The notes: generated by a model from the sequence alone, not told the origin. Shown: positions 1 to 9,807, counted from the stretch's first letter. The stretch is 64,000 nucleotides of DNA from Kofleriaceae bacterium (GCA_965215005.1 CBDCCZ010000004.1:224001-288000), one strand, 5' to 3'. Numbers and translations are program-made.

Positions 1-81
1 GCCAATGCCGGCTATGACCGCCACGCCAGTGGCGGACACCGTGCCCCGCATACCACCCCATGGTTTTCGTCGTTCGCTCAT
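1..81 (-). CDS. 5' part of a further Tad-operon gene, truncated by window edge
   Basis: ATG at 81-79 overlaps the TGA of the upstream gene (ATGA); frame open to the edge (MSERRKPWGGMRGTVSATGVAVIAGIG). Confidence 0.55.
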   Translation of the reverse strand, partial: MSERRKPWGGMRGTVSATGVAVIAGIG

Positions 82-824
82 CGGTCATCCTTTCTTGCCT
101 TAGAGGCACGTGGTGCTTTCTCTGCTTCTAGCTCAGCGCGAATCTCGGCGGCGATGGTGTCGTAGAGCTCGCGGCCAGGGCCTTCGAGCTCGCCGCGCTG
201 CTCGCCGGCCATGAGCTCACGAACGAGCTCGTCATCGACTTGCTGGTTGATTCGCTCGTCGACCTCGAGGTCTGCGTCACCGTCGAGCTCGTCGTCTTCA
301 TCGAAGCTTCGAGCGGCGACTGCCCCAGGCAGCGACGGGCGGCTCGGCGTCATGCAGCGGGTGATGTCTTGATAGCGCCGCGCCTCATCGAGGCAGCGCA
401 TCAGCGCCTCGGGCATGGCTTGGGCGCGAGCGCAGAATCGCTCGCCGAATCCGTCGAGGACGGTTTCAGTGTCGATGGCGGTCATCGCTTTGGCCTGCTC
501 GAGCGAGGCCGCCAGTGCTGCCCGCTCACGTGCCGGCTGCGCAGCAATCATTCGCTCGAGCTCGCCGATGTCGTCGGTGTCTTCCTCTTGCAGTCGCTTG
601 GCAAGCGTCTGCAGCCGCGCTCGGCAGCGCGCGTTGCGGTCGTCGATTGCCACTGCCGGGGGTGCGCTGGCCACGCGCGGATCATCGACGGCTCGCAGCG
701 CAGGCGTTGGTGCCACGGCAGGCCGCGAAGCCGGCGCGCTCGCCGCCGTCGTCTGCGCCGGCTCCGGCGCCTCGCTCCGGCACGCAGACGGCACCAGCAG
801 AATGCATAGCAGCAGGTGTTTCAT
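78..824 (-). CDS. Hypothetical lipoprotein in Tad operon
   Basis: Signal peptide with lipobox-like PSA-C, Pro/Ala linker, acidic helical C-terminus; ATGA overlap with upstream ATPase gene. Confidence 0.75.
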   Translation of the reverse strand: MKHLLLCILLVPSACRSEAPEPAQTTAASAPASRPAVAPTPALRAVDDPRVASAPPAVAIDDRNARCRARLQTLAKRLQEEDTDDIGELERMIAAQPARERAALAASLEQAKAMTAIDTETVLDGFGERFCARAQAMPEALMRCLDEARRYQDITRCMTPSRPSLPGAVAARSFDEDDELDGDADLEVDERINQQVDDELVRELMAGEQRGELEGPGRELYDTIAAEIRAELEAEKAPRASKARKDDR

Positions 825-1933
825 CGGCTGAGCTCCTCGGGATGCAGGCGATGCGCTGCTTCGATCACCGCCGGCGGTAAGCGCACGCCGCTGGTGAGCA
901 GCGCTTCGGTGCAGCTCGGCAGCAGGCCGGTTGGCTCAAAGACACTGCCGTGATCGGTCCAGCGGCGGCGAAACAAGTCGCGAAACCGATAGCCTTTGCC
1001 TTCGTCGTAGCCGCAGACCTCGGAGATTCCGGTCACGCAGCGAAATCCTTCGCTGGTGCGCCCGCTGTGAACCACGACGTCGATCGCCGAGGCGACCTGC
1101 GAGCGGAGTGCGTACAACGGCAGACGGACGTCGCTCATGAGCGCCATGGTCTCGAGCCGATTGACGGTGTCGAGGGTATGGGTGGCGTGCACCGTAGACA
1201 TGCAGCCGCCATGGCCGGAGGTCATCGCTTGGATGAGGTCGAGCGACTCGCCGCCGCGGATCTCGCCCACGACGATGCGATCGGGCCGCAGCCGCAACGT
1301 TGCGCGGAACAAATCGCGGATGGTGACGATGCCGCGCCCACGCTCATCGCCGGGTTGCGCTTCTAAATGCACCACGTGGGTTTGCTGGAGCTGGAGCTCT
1401 CGCGAGTCTTCGATGACCACGATGCGCTCGCTCGGCGCAGCGAACGATGACAGCGCGTTGAGGAGAGACGTTTTTCCCGAGGCGGTTCCGCCGGCGACGA
1501 TGATGTTTTGCTTGGCGAGCACCAACGCGCGCAGTGTTTCCGCGGCATCGCGGGTGAGCGAGCCGAGCTCAATCAGTCGCTCGATGGTGAGCGTGTTGCG
1601 GAAGAACCGGCGAATCGCGATGTTGGGACCATCGGGGGCGGCCGGTGGAATGATGGCTTCGACGCGGGAGCCATCGGGCAGATGCGCCTCGAGGATCGGC
1701 CGCTGCTCATCGAAGTGCCGGCCGACGTATTGCGCCAGATTCCGCAGCGCCGCGAGCAGCTGCTCACGCCCGGCGAAGCGAACGGGAACCCGCTCGATGC
1801 GTCCGGCGCGCTCGACGTAGACCAAGTCGGGGCCATTGATCATCACCTCGGCAACCGTGTCGTCTTCCAAATACGGCCGGATCGGCCCAAAGAAGCCAAG
1901 CAGCGTTTCCTCGAAGATCTCGCGTGGAATCAT
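821..1933 (-). CDS. cpaF: CpaF/TadA family pilus ATPase (second, short paralog)
   Basis: Walker A GGTASGKT, Asp box IEDSRELQL, RPDRIVVGEIRG, His box GHGGCMSTVHA, EVMING motif. Confidence 0.93.
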   Translation of the reverse strand: MIPREIFEETLLGFFGPIRPYLEDDTVAEVMINGPDLVYVERAGRIERVPVRFAGREQLLAALRNLAQYVGRHFDEQRPILEAHLPDGSRVEAIIPPAAPDGPNIAIRRFFRNTLTIERLIELGSLTRDAAETLRALVLAKQNIIVAGGTASGKTSLLNALSSFAAPSERIVVIEDSRELQLQQTHVVHLEAQPGDERGRGIVTIRDLFRATLRLRPDRIVVGEIRGGESLDLIQAMTSGHGGCMSTVHATHTLDTVNRLETMALMSDVRLPLYALRSQVASAIDVVVHSGRTSEGFRCVTGISEVCGYDEGKGYRFRDLFRRRWTDHGSVFEPTGLLPSCTEALLTSGVRLPPAVIEAAHRLHPEELSR

Positions 1934-2496
1934 GGTTGCCTCCGCTCGTCGCGTTCATCGGCTCGCTGCCGCGCTAAGTAACGACGCGCTTCCTTGGCGC
2001 GTTCGCCTTCGGGTTCGCGCCGCAAATAGGCGCGGAAGTAGCGTTTGGTGCGCTTGGCATCGCCTTCGCCGTCGCGAGCAGCCAGCGCCAATAGGTAGTA
2101 CGGCGCAGCGACGCTCGGTCGCTCTTGGATCAGGATCGAGAGCTGCTCCTCGGCGCGTCGATATTGCTCCAGAGCCAAATGCAGCGTGGCGATCAAATAG
2201 CGCAATCGCCAGTCGTCTGGCGCGTCGAGAAGGCGGGCCCGAGCGTGGAGCAGCGCTGCCTCATAGCGCTCGGCGTCGAGGCACAGGATGATCAGCTGCT
2301 GGAACGTGTGCTCGGGTCGATAGCCGCCGGCGAGCGCCAGCGCCAGATACTGCTCGCCCCGGACCGAGTCGCCGCGTTGAGCGGCGGTGATGCCGCGCTC
2401 ATAGAACTCGGCGCTGGAGGTTTGAGGCGCCGCAGGCGGGGGCGCATGCGCAGCGCATCCTGCGAGTAGCAGCACGGCGATGGAAATAGCCCTCAT
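1930..2496 (-). CDS. TPR lipoprotein (TadD/pilotin-like)
   Basis: Start reassigned to ATG 2496 (ATGA overlap); MRAISIAVLLLAG-C lipobox; TPR-like helices. Confidence 0.75.
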   Translation of the reverse strand: MRAISIAVLLLAGCAAHAPPPAAPQTSSAEFYERGITAAQRGDSVRGEQYLALALAGGYRPEHTFQQLIILCLDAERYEAALLHARARLLDAPDDWRLRYLIATLHLALEQYRRAEEQLSILIQERPSVAAPYYLLALAARDGEGDAKRTKRYFRAYLRREPEGERAKEARRYLARQRADERDERRQP

Positions 2497-3365
2497 AAGG
2501 TGTTTTGCTCCTTCTTCGCGGCTTCTTCGCGCGTCTGCGCGTAGCGCTCGAGCTGCACCAACCAGCTCTGATAGGAGCCGCCGACATGGGCTACGAACCG
2601 CTGCATTTGGCGCGAGGCACTCATTACTCGCTTCCATTGCTTGGTGTCGCGTAGGTGCTCGAGCTCCATTCGCTGCAGCAGATAGTCATCGGCAATGCGT
2701 GCTTCGAGCTCCTCGCGCGCCATTCCGGTGCGCTTGGCTGCGTCACTGTCGTTGGCGGCTAGATAGCAGCGCTCGGCCGCGTGCAGCATCGAAACCGCGC
2801 CAATGCCATCCTCTACGGAAAATAGATAGCGTTCCGCCTTGGCGCGACCACGCTGTTCGAGATCGCGGCCGCGATCGACCGCATGCTCGGGATCGGGACA
2901 TTGCGCCGGCAGCGATTCGAATAGCGCCGGTGGTGGAGCGTCGGTGCTCGGTACCTCATCTTGCTCATCGCCGAGTAGCATCGCGGCCGAGCCCATCACT
3001 AAGAGCACGGTGAAGAGCAGCTGGCGGTTCTTCTTGTTGCCCTTGCGCGAGCGAGCTTCGGCCGCCGGCGCCTGCTCGCGCAGCCGCAGGCAAATCGAGC
3101 CAACGTCGATCTCGCTGCCCCAAGGAATGAGCTCATTGGCCAAGACGCGACCGATCAAGGTCGGCGCGACCGGCGCATCCCGCGCCGGCGACACCCACAC
3201 CCCCGCCCGTCGCGGTGCCAGCAAGAGGTGCATCGGCGCGATCTCAGGAGCCTCTTTGATGACTACGTCGGCGCTCGGCGAGCTGCCCACGACCACGTGT
3301 GCCCCTTCAGGCTCGTAGCTGCGGGTTTGGCCATTTGCGAGGATGAGCTCGATGAACATCGACAT
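2493..3365 (-). CDS. Membrane protein with N-terminal degenerate FHA-like domain and helical C-terminal domain
   Basis: VVVGSSPSADVVI..EIAPMHLLL FHA-like pattern; central TM segment LLFTVLLVMGSAAMLL. Confidence 0.7.
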   Translation of the reverse strand: MSMFIELILANGQTRSYEPEGAHVVVGSSPSADVVIKEAPEIAPMHLLLAPRRAGVWVSPARDAPVAPTLIGRVLANELIPWGSEIDVGSICLRLREQAPAAEARSRKGNKKNRQLLFTVLLVMGSAAMLLGDEQDEVPSTDAPPPALFESLPAQCPDPEHAVDRGRDLEQRGRAKAERYLFSVEDGIGAVSMLHAAERCYLAANDSDAAKRTGMAREELEARIADDYLLQRMELEHLRDTKQWKRVMSASRQMQRFVAHVGGSYQSWLVQLERYAQTREEAAKKEQNTL

Positions 3366-3373
3366 CTCCGTAG

Positions 3374-4267
3374 CTAGAGCCCCATGCTCTGGGTGCGTAG
3401 AATTAGCGGACCGGCGATGATGACGAAGGTGGCCAGCAGCAGCAGCGTGAGCGGAATGAGCATCTTCATCGCCGCCTTCACCGCCGCCTCTTCGGCGTGC
3501 AAGCTGGCGCGCGCGCGCATCATCTCGGCCTGAATCGCCAACACGTCGCGTAGCGGCGTGCCCTTGTCTTCGGACTGCATCACTGCAGCGGAAAAGTCGC
3601 GGACGGCTTCGAGCGGGACGCGCTCGGCCAAAAGGCGCAGCGCTGCAGCACGGCTGTGGCCGAGCTCCATGCGGCGCAGCATCAGCCCCAGCTCTTCGCG
3701 CATTGGCGCCTCACGAGTCGGCCAGCGTGCGATTACATCGGCGACCGCGGCGGTGAAGGTCATGCCGGCGCTCATCGCCAGCGAGATGATGTCGATGGTG
3801 ATCGGCAAGTCGCGCTTGATCTCGCGCCGACGCGTCGCCGTTGCATCGATGATGAGGTTGTAGGGCATGAAGACGCCGACAATGGCGAACACGGCGATCA
3901 CGAACATCGGCACGCTACCGGTTGCGACCAGTGCCATGCCGAAGGCGGCGCCGAAGAACGCGCCTAACAAGCACGAGGCAAACCACTCGTCTGCAGATAG
4001 ACCTAAGTGATCGCCGGCTTGCACCAGACGCTGCTGCGCGCGGCGACGCATGCCTCCGAGCGGCAGGTGGGCAATCCAGCTGGCGATCTTGCGGATGACC
4101 GGCTCGAGGGTGCGAAACATGCCGCGTTCTTGCATCGCGCGATGCCGCTTATAACCGCGCAGCCCGAGGTCGGGCGCCGGCAGCACCACGGACTGTCCCA
4201 GCGCGAGAGCCGTGAAGGCCAGCGAGCTAGCGACGAGCAGGATTCCAGCGTATGCGAGCGCTTCCAT
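3374..4267 (-). CDS. tadC: TadC / type II secretion system F family platform protein
   Basis: TM segments, LPITIDIISLAMSAGMTF, QSEDKGTPLRDVL, KMLIPL; position after tadB. Confidence 0.88.
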   Translation of the reverse strand: MEALAYAGILLVASSLAFTALALGQSVVLPAPDLGLRGYKRHRAMQERGMFRTLEPVIRKIASWIAHLPLGGMRRRAQQRLVQAGDHLGLSADEWFASCLLGAFFGAAFGMALVATGSVPMFVIAVFAIVGVFMPYNLIIDATATRRREIKRDLPITIDIISLAMSAGMTFTAAVADVIARWPTREAPMREELGLMLRRMELGHSRAAALRLLAERVPLEAVRDFSAAVMQSEDKGTPLRDVLAIQAEMMRARASLHAEEAAVKAAMKMLIPLTLLLLATFVIIAGPLILRTQSMGL

Positions 4268-4274
4268 GGGTTCC

Positions 4275-5129
4275 TTAGAAGTCCACGTCGAGAATGTTGC
4301 GCGCCATGATCAGCGACATCACCCAGGCGCAGCCGGCCAGCGCCATGAGACCGTAGCCAACGCTGCCGGACTCGAGCATTGGCTCGAAGTAGGTCGGGTC
4401 CATCTTGTTGAGGAAATAGATCAGCAGCGGCGGTCCCAGCGCCAAGCAGATGAGCTGCATGCGCGCCATGGCCGTTTGCTTGCGCAACACCGCCTGCAGG
4501 CGGAGAATCTCGCGCAGTGACGCAGCCGTCTTCTTGAGCAGAGACGGCAGCTCACCGCCGGTTTCGCGGCCAATCAAAATGATGGTGACCACCGAGCCGA
4601 ATAGATTCGAGCCGATGCGGTTGCCCATCGCCCGCAACGCCTCTTCCATGGGCGCGCCGATGCGCAGCTCTTTCACCAGTCGATCGAGCTCACGGCCGAG
4701 GTGACCGCGGGTGAGGTCGGCGGTGTAGCGGAACGCTTCCGGTAGCGAGCCGGTCACCGCCAGCATGTTGGCCATCATCAACAGCCAGCTGTTTAGCTGC
4801 TCCTCGATGAGCTTGACGCGCCGCTTGCGCTGGAACGCCAGCCACAGGCGTGGGCCGATGATGCCAAGCGGGATGAACACCAGCAGTCGCAGGTCGACGT
4901 AGTAGCCGAGCACCGCACCGCCGACGATGGCCGCCAGCTGCGCCAACGCCATGTCGGTGCCACGGGCATCGAGCGTGAGTGCTTGCGCCGAGTCGTTCAA
5001 GCCGCCGGTGTAGCGTCCCCACAGCCGACCCACGCCGCCGCGCTGGCGGGTCGCCGCGTAGGAGGCGACGCCGAGCCCCGCGGCAAGCACCGCCGCACCC
5101 ACGTACGCCACCAGATCGATCTGGTTCAT
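4275..5129 (-). CDS. tadB: TadB / T2SS-F family platform protein
   Basis: EEQL..LLMMANML..GSLPEA, RETGGELPSLL motif; position after cpaF. Confidence 0.88.
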   Translation of the reverse strand: MNQIDLVAYVGAAVLAAGLGVASYAATRQRGGVGRLWGRYTGGLNDSAQALTLDARGTDMALAQLAAIVGGAVLGYYVDLRLLVFIPLGIIGPRLWLAFQRKRRVKLIEEQLNSWLLMMANMLAVTGSLPEAFRYTADLTRGHLGRELDRLVKELRIGAPMEEALRAMGNRIGSNLFGSVVTIILIGRETGGELPSLLKKTAASLREILRLQAVLRKQTAMARMQLICLALGPPLLIYFLNKMDPTYFEPMLESGSVGYGLMALAGCAWVMSLIMARNILDVDF

Positions 5130-6733
5130 AACGCCGGCTCCCCGGGCCGCACGAGGCCCATCGTGTAGAAATCCCCCAGATAGCTCGGCAGGTGACCAGA
5201 AGCGTAGAATTCGCCTTTCACCTCGCCATTGGGACCGGTTGAGGTTCGGCGAAATCCGAAGATCTCCCGCACCTGAATCTCGCCATCGTCATCGAGAGCG
5301 ATGACCTCAGAGACGCCGGTGATGCGTCGCGAGCCATCCGACATCCGCGATTGCTGCACGATCACGTCGATGGAGCCGGCGATTTGCTCGCGGATGGCGC
5401 GCGCCGGAATATCGACCCCGGCCATGAGGGCGAGCGTCTCGATGCGCTTCATCGCCTCGCGCGGGCTGTTGGCGTGGGTGGTGGTGAGCGAGCCATCGTG
5501 GCCGGTGTTCATCGCCTGGAGCATGTCTAGCGCTTCGGCGCCACGACACTCGCCGACGATGATGCGGTCGGGTCGCATACGCATCGCGTTCTTCACCAAA
5601 TCGCGAATGGTGATCTCACCGCGGCCCTCCATGTTGGGCGGTCGACTCTCGAGCGAGACCACGTGCGCCTGGCGGAGTTGGAGCTCAGCGGCATCTTCGA
5701 TGGTGACGATGCGCTCGCGCTCGGGAATCGCGCTCGAAAGGATGTTCAGCAGCGTCGTCTTGCCGCTGCCGGTGCCGCCCGACACCAAGATGTTCTTCTT
5801 TGCGAGCACCGAGCGCGACAGAAAACGCATGATCGCCGGCGTGACGCTGCCAAAGCGAACCAAGTCCTCGGCGGTGAGGGGGGTGTCGCTGAATTTTCGA
5901 ATCGTGACGCAGGCGCCGCGAATCGCGAGCGGTCGAATCACTGCATTGACGCGCGAGCCATCGGGCAGGCGCGCATCGAGCATTGGCGCCGATTCATCGA
6001 TGCGCCGGCCCAGAGGCGCGACGATTCGCTCGATGATGGCCCGGACCGACTCCTCATCGGTGAAGCGACTGCCCGTGAGCTCGATACGACCGCGGCGCTC
6101 GACGTAGATGGTGTGCGGATCGACCACCATGATCTCACTCACCTCGGGCATCGCGAGCAGATCTTCCAGCGGCCCGAGGCCGATCGCTTCGTGGGTGAGC
6201 TCTTCGACCAAGCGCTCGGCATCGGTGCCGACCGGCAGCTGAACGCGGTAGCGAGCAACGATGTGTTTGAGAGCAACTTCGACTTTGGCGCGCAGCAGGT
6301 GGTCGTTCATGCGGCTGCGCTCGAGGCGCACCAAGTCGAGGTGATCGAGGAGCTCGCGGTGGATCGCTCGGCGTGCGGCAACCCCGACATCGCTGTTCTG
6401 CGACGTGGGAGCTCCAGCGACGAGCTGTAAACGGAGTCGAAACGGGCCGATGACGATGGGCGCGGCGGGATCGAGGGCTACGGTGTCGCCAACGATGGCG
6501 CGTGAGCCAACCACAGTGCCTATGCCAGATAGATCGGTGAGCCGCAGCTGCTCGCCGTGGAGCTCGAGGCGCGCGTGAGTGGCAGCAACCTCGGACGAAT
6601 CGAGGCAGAGCTCGCAGCTCGAGTCGCGGCCGATCGTGATTGCCTGCGAAAACGGCCCCACCTCGCGAACCGGAGTCCCTGGTCCGTGTACGAACAGGCG
6701 AATCGCGAGGTTCTTACGCGCCGGAGCGGTCAT
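5126..6733 (-). CDS. cpaF: CpaF/TadA ATPase with N-terminal FHA-like domain
   Basis: ITIGRDSSCEL..THARL N-terminus; GLGPLE, RRIDESAPMLDARLPDGSRVN, GGTGSGKT, RMRPDRIIVGECRG, GHDGSLTTTHANS. Confidence 0.95.
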   Translation of the reverse strand: MTAPARKNLAIRLFVHGPGTPVREVGPFSQAITIGRDSSCELCLDSSEVAATHARLELHGEQLRLTDLSGIGTVVGSRAIVGDTVALDPAAPIVIGPFRLRLQLVAGAPTSQNSDVGVAARRAIHRELLDHLDLVRLERSRMNDHLLRAKVEVALKHIVARYRVQLPVGTDAERLVEELTHEAIGLGPLEDLLAMPEVSEIMVVDPHTIYVERRGRIELTGSRFTDEESVRAIIERIVAPLGRRIDESAPMLDARLPDGSRVNAVIRPLAIRGACVTIRKFSDTPLTAEDLVRFGSVTPAIMRFLSRSVLAKKNILVSGGTGSGKTTLLNILSSAIPERERIVTIEDAAELQLRQAHVVSLESRPPNMEGRGEITIRDLVKNAMRMRPDRIIVGECRGAEALDMLQAMNTGHDGSLTTTHANSPREAMKRIETLALMAGVDIPARAIREQIAGSIDVIVQQSRMSDGSRRITGVSEVIALDDDGEIQVREIFGFRRTSTGPNGEVKGEFYASGHLPSYLGDFYTMGLVRPGEPAL

Positions 6734-7887
6734 CGCGTCTCCCTGGTTCTGGCGCGGCGCGAGGGCGCCGGCTTGGCGGCGGGCGCCGGCTTGGCGGCGG
6801 CCGGGCGCGCTTCGCGAGCGCTATCGTCGCCGAGCGAGTCGAGGAGCCGAGGACCTCCCGGCTCGTCGTAACCACGATAGACGTTAAAGGCTTCGCGAAC
6901 GCGATCGCGAACCTCGAGCGGCAAGGCGCCGACCATACTCGGCACCACGAAGACAACGTTTTGAATGTTCTCTTCGCGCTTGCTCTTGATGCCGAACAGG
7001 TAGCCGAGTACCGGAATGTCGCTGAGCAGCCAGATTCCGGTTTGGGAGTCGCTGACCTCGTCGGCATAGAGCCCCGCGAGTGCCAGCGACTGGCCGAGCT
7101 CCAGGTTGACGACGGTATTGACGTTGGAGGTCGTACGGCCGGGCAAGCCGTCGGTGCTTGCTGCGGTCAAGCTTGCGACCTCGGCTTTGATGGTGAGCTC
7201 GATGCGGCCGGTGGCGTCGTCGTAGATGGCGCGGGTGGAGATGCTGGTGCCAAACGGGATCTTCTCGATGCCTACCGCCAGGCCGCTGCCGACGCGAAAG
7301 TTGCTCTCGCCGCCGCTCTCGTAGCTGCCTTCGCCGCCGTTGGCGACGACGACCCGCGCGTGCCGCATGATCTTGGCCCAGCCGCGATCACGCGCAAAAT
7401 CGAGGCGCGGCAGGATCTCGCTCTGCACGGTCACGCGGGTGCGATCGGGCGCCGCTGAATCGGTGACGAAGTCAGTGGAGACGCGCGCATCGAGGGAGGT
7501 TGGCAAGCTAAGGCCGAGCTGGCGCCCGTAACCATTCGAGAGCTGCACGAAATAGAAGTCGAGGCGGATGTTGCGGCGGGCGCGAATGCGCGAGACGGTG
7601 ATGCGGTAGGGAATCTTGCGGCCGTCTTGCATGATGATGAGCATCGAGGTCGTGCCCGGCGACAGCCCCAAGATCACCACTTCCCGTTGATCCTCGGTAA
7701 CCCGCACATCGGCGATGCCAGGTGCGCCCATGGAGATGGTGTCGATGCCCTCGCCATTGATGGATTTCTGGCCTCCCGGCTCGAGCTGTATCTCGCGCTC
7801 GTTCTGTGCAGGCGCCGGAGCTGACCACACGAGCGCCAACATCAGTATCCATGCCACCCGCCGCACCGCCCGAAGCGGAGCGCTCAA
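6730..7887 (-). CDS. cpaC: Tad secretin (RcpA/CpaC family)
   Basis: Signal peptide, pilus N-terminal domain (IADV..G.SPGTTS), secretin motifs GQSLALAGL and LSDIPVLGYLF. Confidence 0.88.
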   Translation of the reverse strand: MSAPLRAVRRVAWILMLALVWSAPAPAQNEREIQLEPGGQKSINGEGIDTISMGAPGIADVRVTEDQREVVILGLSPGTTSMLIIMQDGRKIPYRITVSRIRARRNIRLDFYFVQLSNGYGRQLGLSLPTSLDARVSTDFVTDSAAPDRTRVTVQSEILPRLDFARDRGWAKIMRHARVVVANGGEGSYESGGESNFRVGSGLAVGIEKIPFGTSISTRAIYDDATGRIELTIKAEVASLTAASTDGLPGRTTSNVNTVVNLELGQSLALAGLYADEVSDSQTGIWLLSDIPVLGYLFGIKSKREENIQNVVFVVPSMVGALPLEVRDRVREAFNVYRGYDEPGGPRLLDSLGDDSAREARPAAAKPAPAAKPAPSRRARTRETR

Positions 7888-8810
7888 CGAGAGCCTCCGC
7901 GGCGCCTGCGCCGCTCTTTGCGTTCTTTGCGCTCTTTGCGCTCTTCCTCATCACTGCGTGCGCGCTGCTCGTCGTCAGCGGCATCGTCTCCTCGCGTGGC
8001 GCTCTGCTGGTCGGCCGGCTCGTCGCTACCCTTGGCACTCTGCAGCGCCTTGCGCGCGGCTTCTTGCGCCGCCGACTCCTCTGAGCCGGTCATCGCCAGT
8101 CGTGGGAACGCGGTGGTGGTGGTAGCGCCTGGCAGGTCGTCGACCAGCCGAATATCATCGGGATTGCGCAGTGCGAGCGTGATGGCCCCGCGGTCGGATG
8201 CCAGCGTGAGCTCCTGGGCCTGCTGAATGTCCACTGCCAGACTCACCGTGGTCATCGCGCTGCTACCGGACGCGCGTCCCGCCGCGCCGCCGATGTCATC
8301 GCCAACCGCCAAGATCAAGAGGTTCTGCGCGAGCGGGACCGTCATCCGATCGCCGGTGACAGCGCTCGTAGCAGTCAAGAAGGCATCGACGCGGTCACCC
8401 GGGCGAAGCAGCCCGCTAAACGCCGACTGCCGCGTCGCTGGAATCGAGACCGCGCGCATGCCCACTCGCACCAGGCCCGCGAGGTTGCGCGATTCGCTGG
8501 TCGTGGTCGCGAGATCTGACCACAGGAGTGCTTCGCTCGGCTGCAGCGAGCTGCCGAGCCGGACGCCGATGATGCTTCTGGCTTCGGCCGCACGGATGTG
8601 ACGACGCTCTACGAAGGCCTCGGGGATTTCTCGGGTGGCGATGTGCTCGGGCCGAAGCCGCGTTCCGATAGGCAGATCGGCGGTGCTTACCACCACCGGC
8701 ACCCGATTGCCGCCGAGCGCGTTCTCCTCGAAGCGCTGCTTGTAGAGCACCAGCATGGCCGCTCCAACGAGCGACAACATGGCGGCGACGATGAATGCTC
8801 CTTTTTGCAT
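7884..8810 (-). CDS. cpaB: Flp pilus assembly protein CpaB/RcpC
   Basis: N-terminal TM, SAF domain (VVVSTADLPIGT), GMRAVSI, LRPGDRVD, LALRNPDD. Confidence 0.92.
   Translation of the reverse strand: MQKGAFIVAAMLSLVGAAMLVLYKQRFEENALGGNRVPVVVSTADLPIGTRLRPEHIATREIPEAFVERRHIRAAEARSIIGVRLGSSLQPSEALLWSDLATTTSESRNLAGLVRVGMRAVSIPATRQSAFSGLLRPGDRVDAFLTATSAVTGDRMTVPLAQNLLILAVGDDIGGAAGRASGSSAMTTVSLAVDIQQAQELTLASDRGAITLALRNPDDIRLVDDLPGATTTTAFPRLAMTGSEESAAQEAARKALQSAKGSDEPADQQSATRGDDAADDEQRARSDEEERKERKERKERRRRRGGSR
7912..7947. repeat. 9-bp tandem repeat (cgctctttg x~4) encoding ERK repeats in CpaB tail
   Basis: cgctctttg cgttctttg cgctctttg cgctcttcc. Confidence 0.8.
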
Positions 8811-8817
8811 GCGTCTC

Positions 8818-9807
8818 CTACGGCGCGAGCTCGCGGGCCCGCGCGATCATTCGTTCGAAGTGGCCAGCGTCATCGGCGACGATGGCGGTAGCGATGCGGC
8901 CTTGATGCTCGAACAACACCACGAAGGCCATCGCACCATTGCGAGTCACGAGCAGTGAGGTCTCGGTGCTGTTTAGCTTCTCGCTGGCGTTCCAGCTCAC
9001 CTGCCAGCCGTGGGCGACGAGCAGTTTTTCGTAACCCTGGCGCTGCGCGGCAAGAGAGCCGTTGGCGCCGGTGTAGAGCGTCATGCCGTAGGAGGTGCCC
9101 TTCTCGAACACCGACAGCACTCGATTCGAGCCTTGCGGGCGCGGCAGTGCGGTGGCATCGGCGCCTGGCACATCACCGGCGATGGGAAACATTTGATCGA
9201 CGTCCATGTCCGCGGCATAGAGGCCAGCGAAGTGGGTGCGATCGCCGCGGCGCTCGGCGTAGACGTAGCGAAATCCGCCCAAGGCGCCGACGTCGCCATC
9301 GCGCAAGAACTGCTGAATCGCGGCGAGTGACTCACTCGGGCTCGACAGATCCACGCCGGTGAGGACGCAGGTGGCGAAGCCGCGGTCGCCATCTTGCGCG
9401 ATGAGCGAACGACCTGGAGGTGGCTCGCCATCGAACAGCGGCGCCAGCCTTTCATCACTGCCGGCGCCATCGCAGCGCGCCGCAAACGAGCTCAGCAGCG
9501 TCTCCACCGCATCGTCGGTGGTGCCAGTGGACAACAGAATCTCAGCGCCGTTGAATGAAACGGTGCGCGGCAGCTCTTGCGTGATCGCCCCCTGATACGC
9601 CAATAGGCGGGTTCCGAGGGTGAAGCTGCCTTCGTAGGCATGCGCGGCGATGGGCCCGCGAAGGCCGTGGACGGTGAGCGCGGCAGCCGCGAGAATGGTG
9701 AGGGCAAGTGCTGCCTTGCGCAGCGACTGCAAGGCTTGCGCGGCAAGCTGCCGCGGCGGCGGCAATTCTCCGCGTCGCCAGCGAAATAATAGCCGAATCA
9801 AGGACAC
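8818..9807 (-). CDS. Hypothetical membrane-anchored protein in Tad operon
   Basis: Long ORF between pseudopilin and cpaB, overlapping upstream stop; N-terminal hydrophobic segment; start uncertain. Confidence 0.75.
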   Translation of the reverse strand: MSLIRLLFRWRRGELPPPRQLAAQALQSLRKAALALTILAAAALTVHGLRGPIAAHAYEGSFTLGTRLLAYQGAITQELPRTVSFNGAEILLSTGTTDDAVETLLSSFAARCDGAGSDERLAPLFDGEPPPGRSLIAQDGDRGFATCVLTGVDLSSPSESLAAIQQFLRDGDVGALGGFRYVYAERRGDRTHFAGLYAADMDVDQMFPIAGDVPGADATALPRPQGSNRVLSVFEKGTSYGMTLYTGANGSLAAQRQGYEKLLVAHGWQVSWNASEKLNSTETSLLVTRNGAMAFVVLFEHQGRIATAIVADDAGHFERMIARARELAP

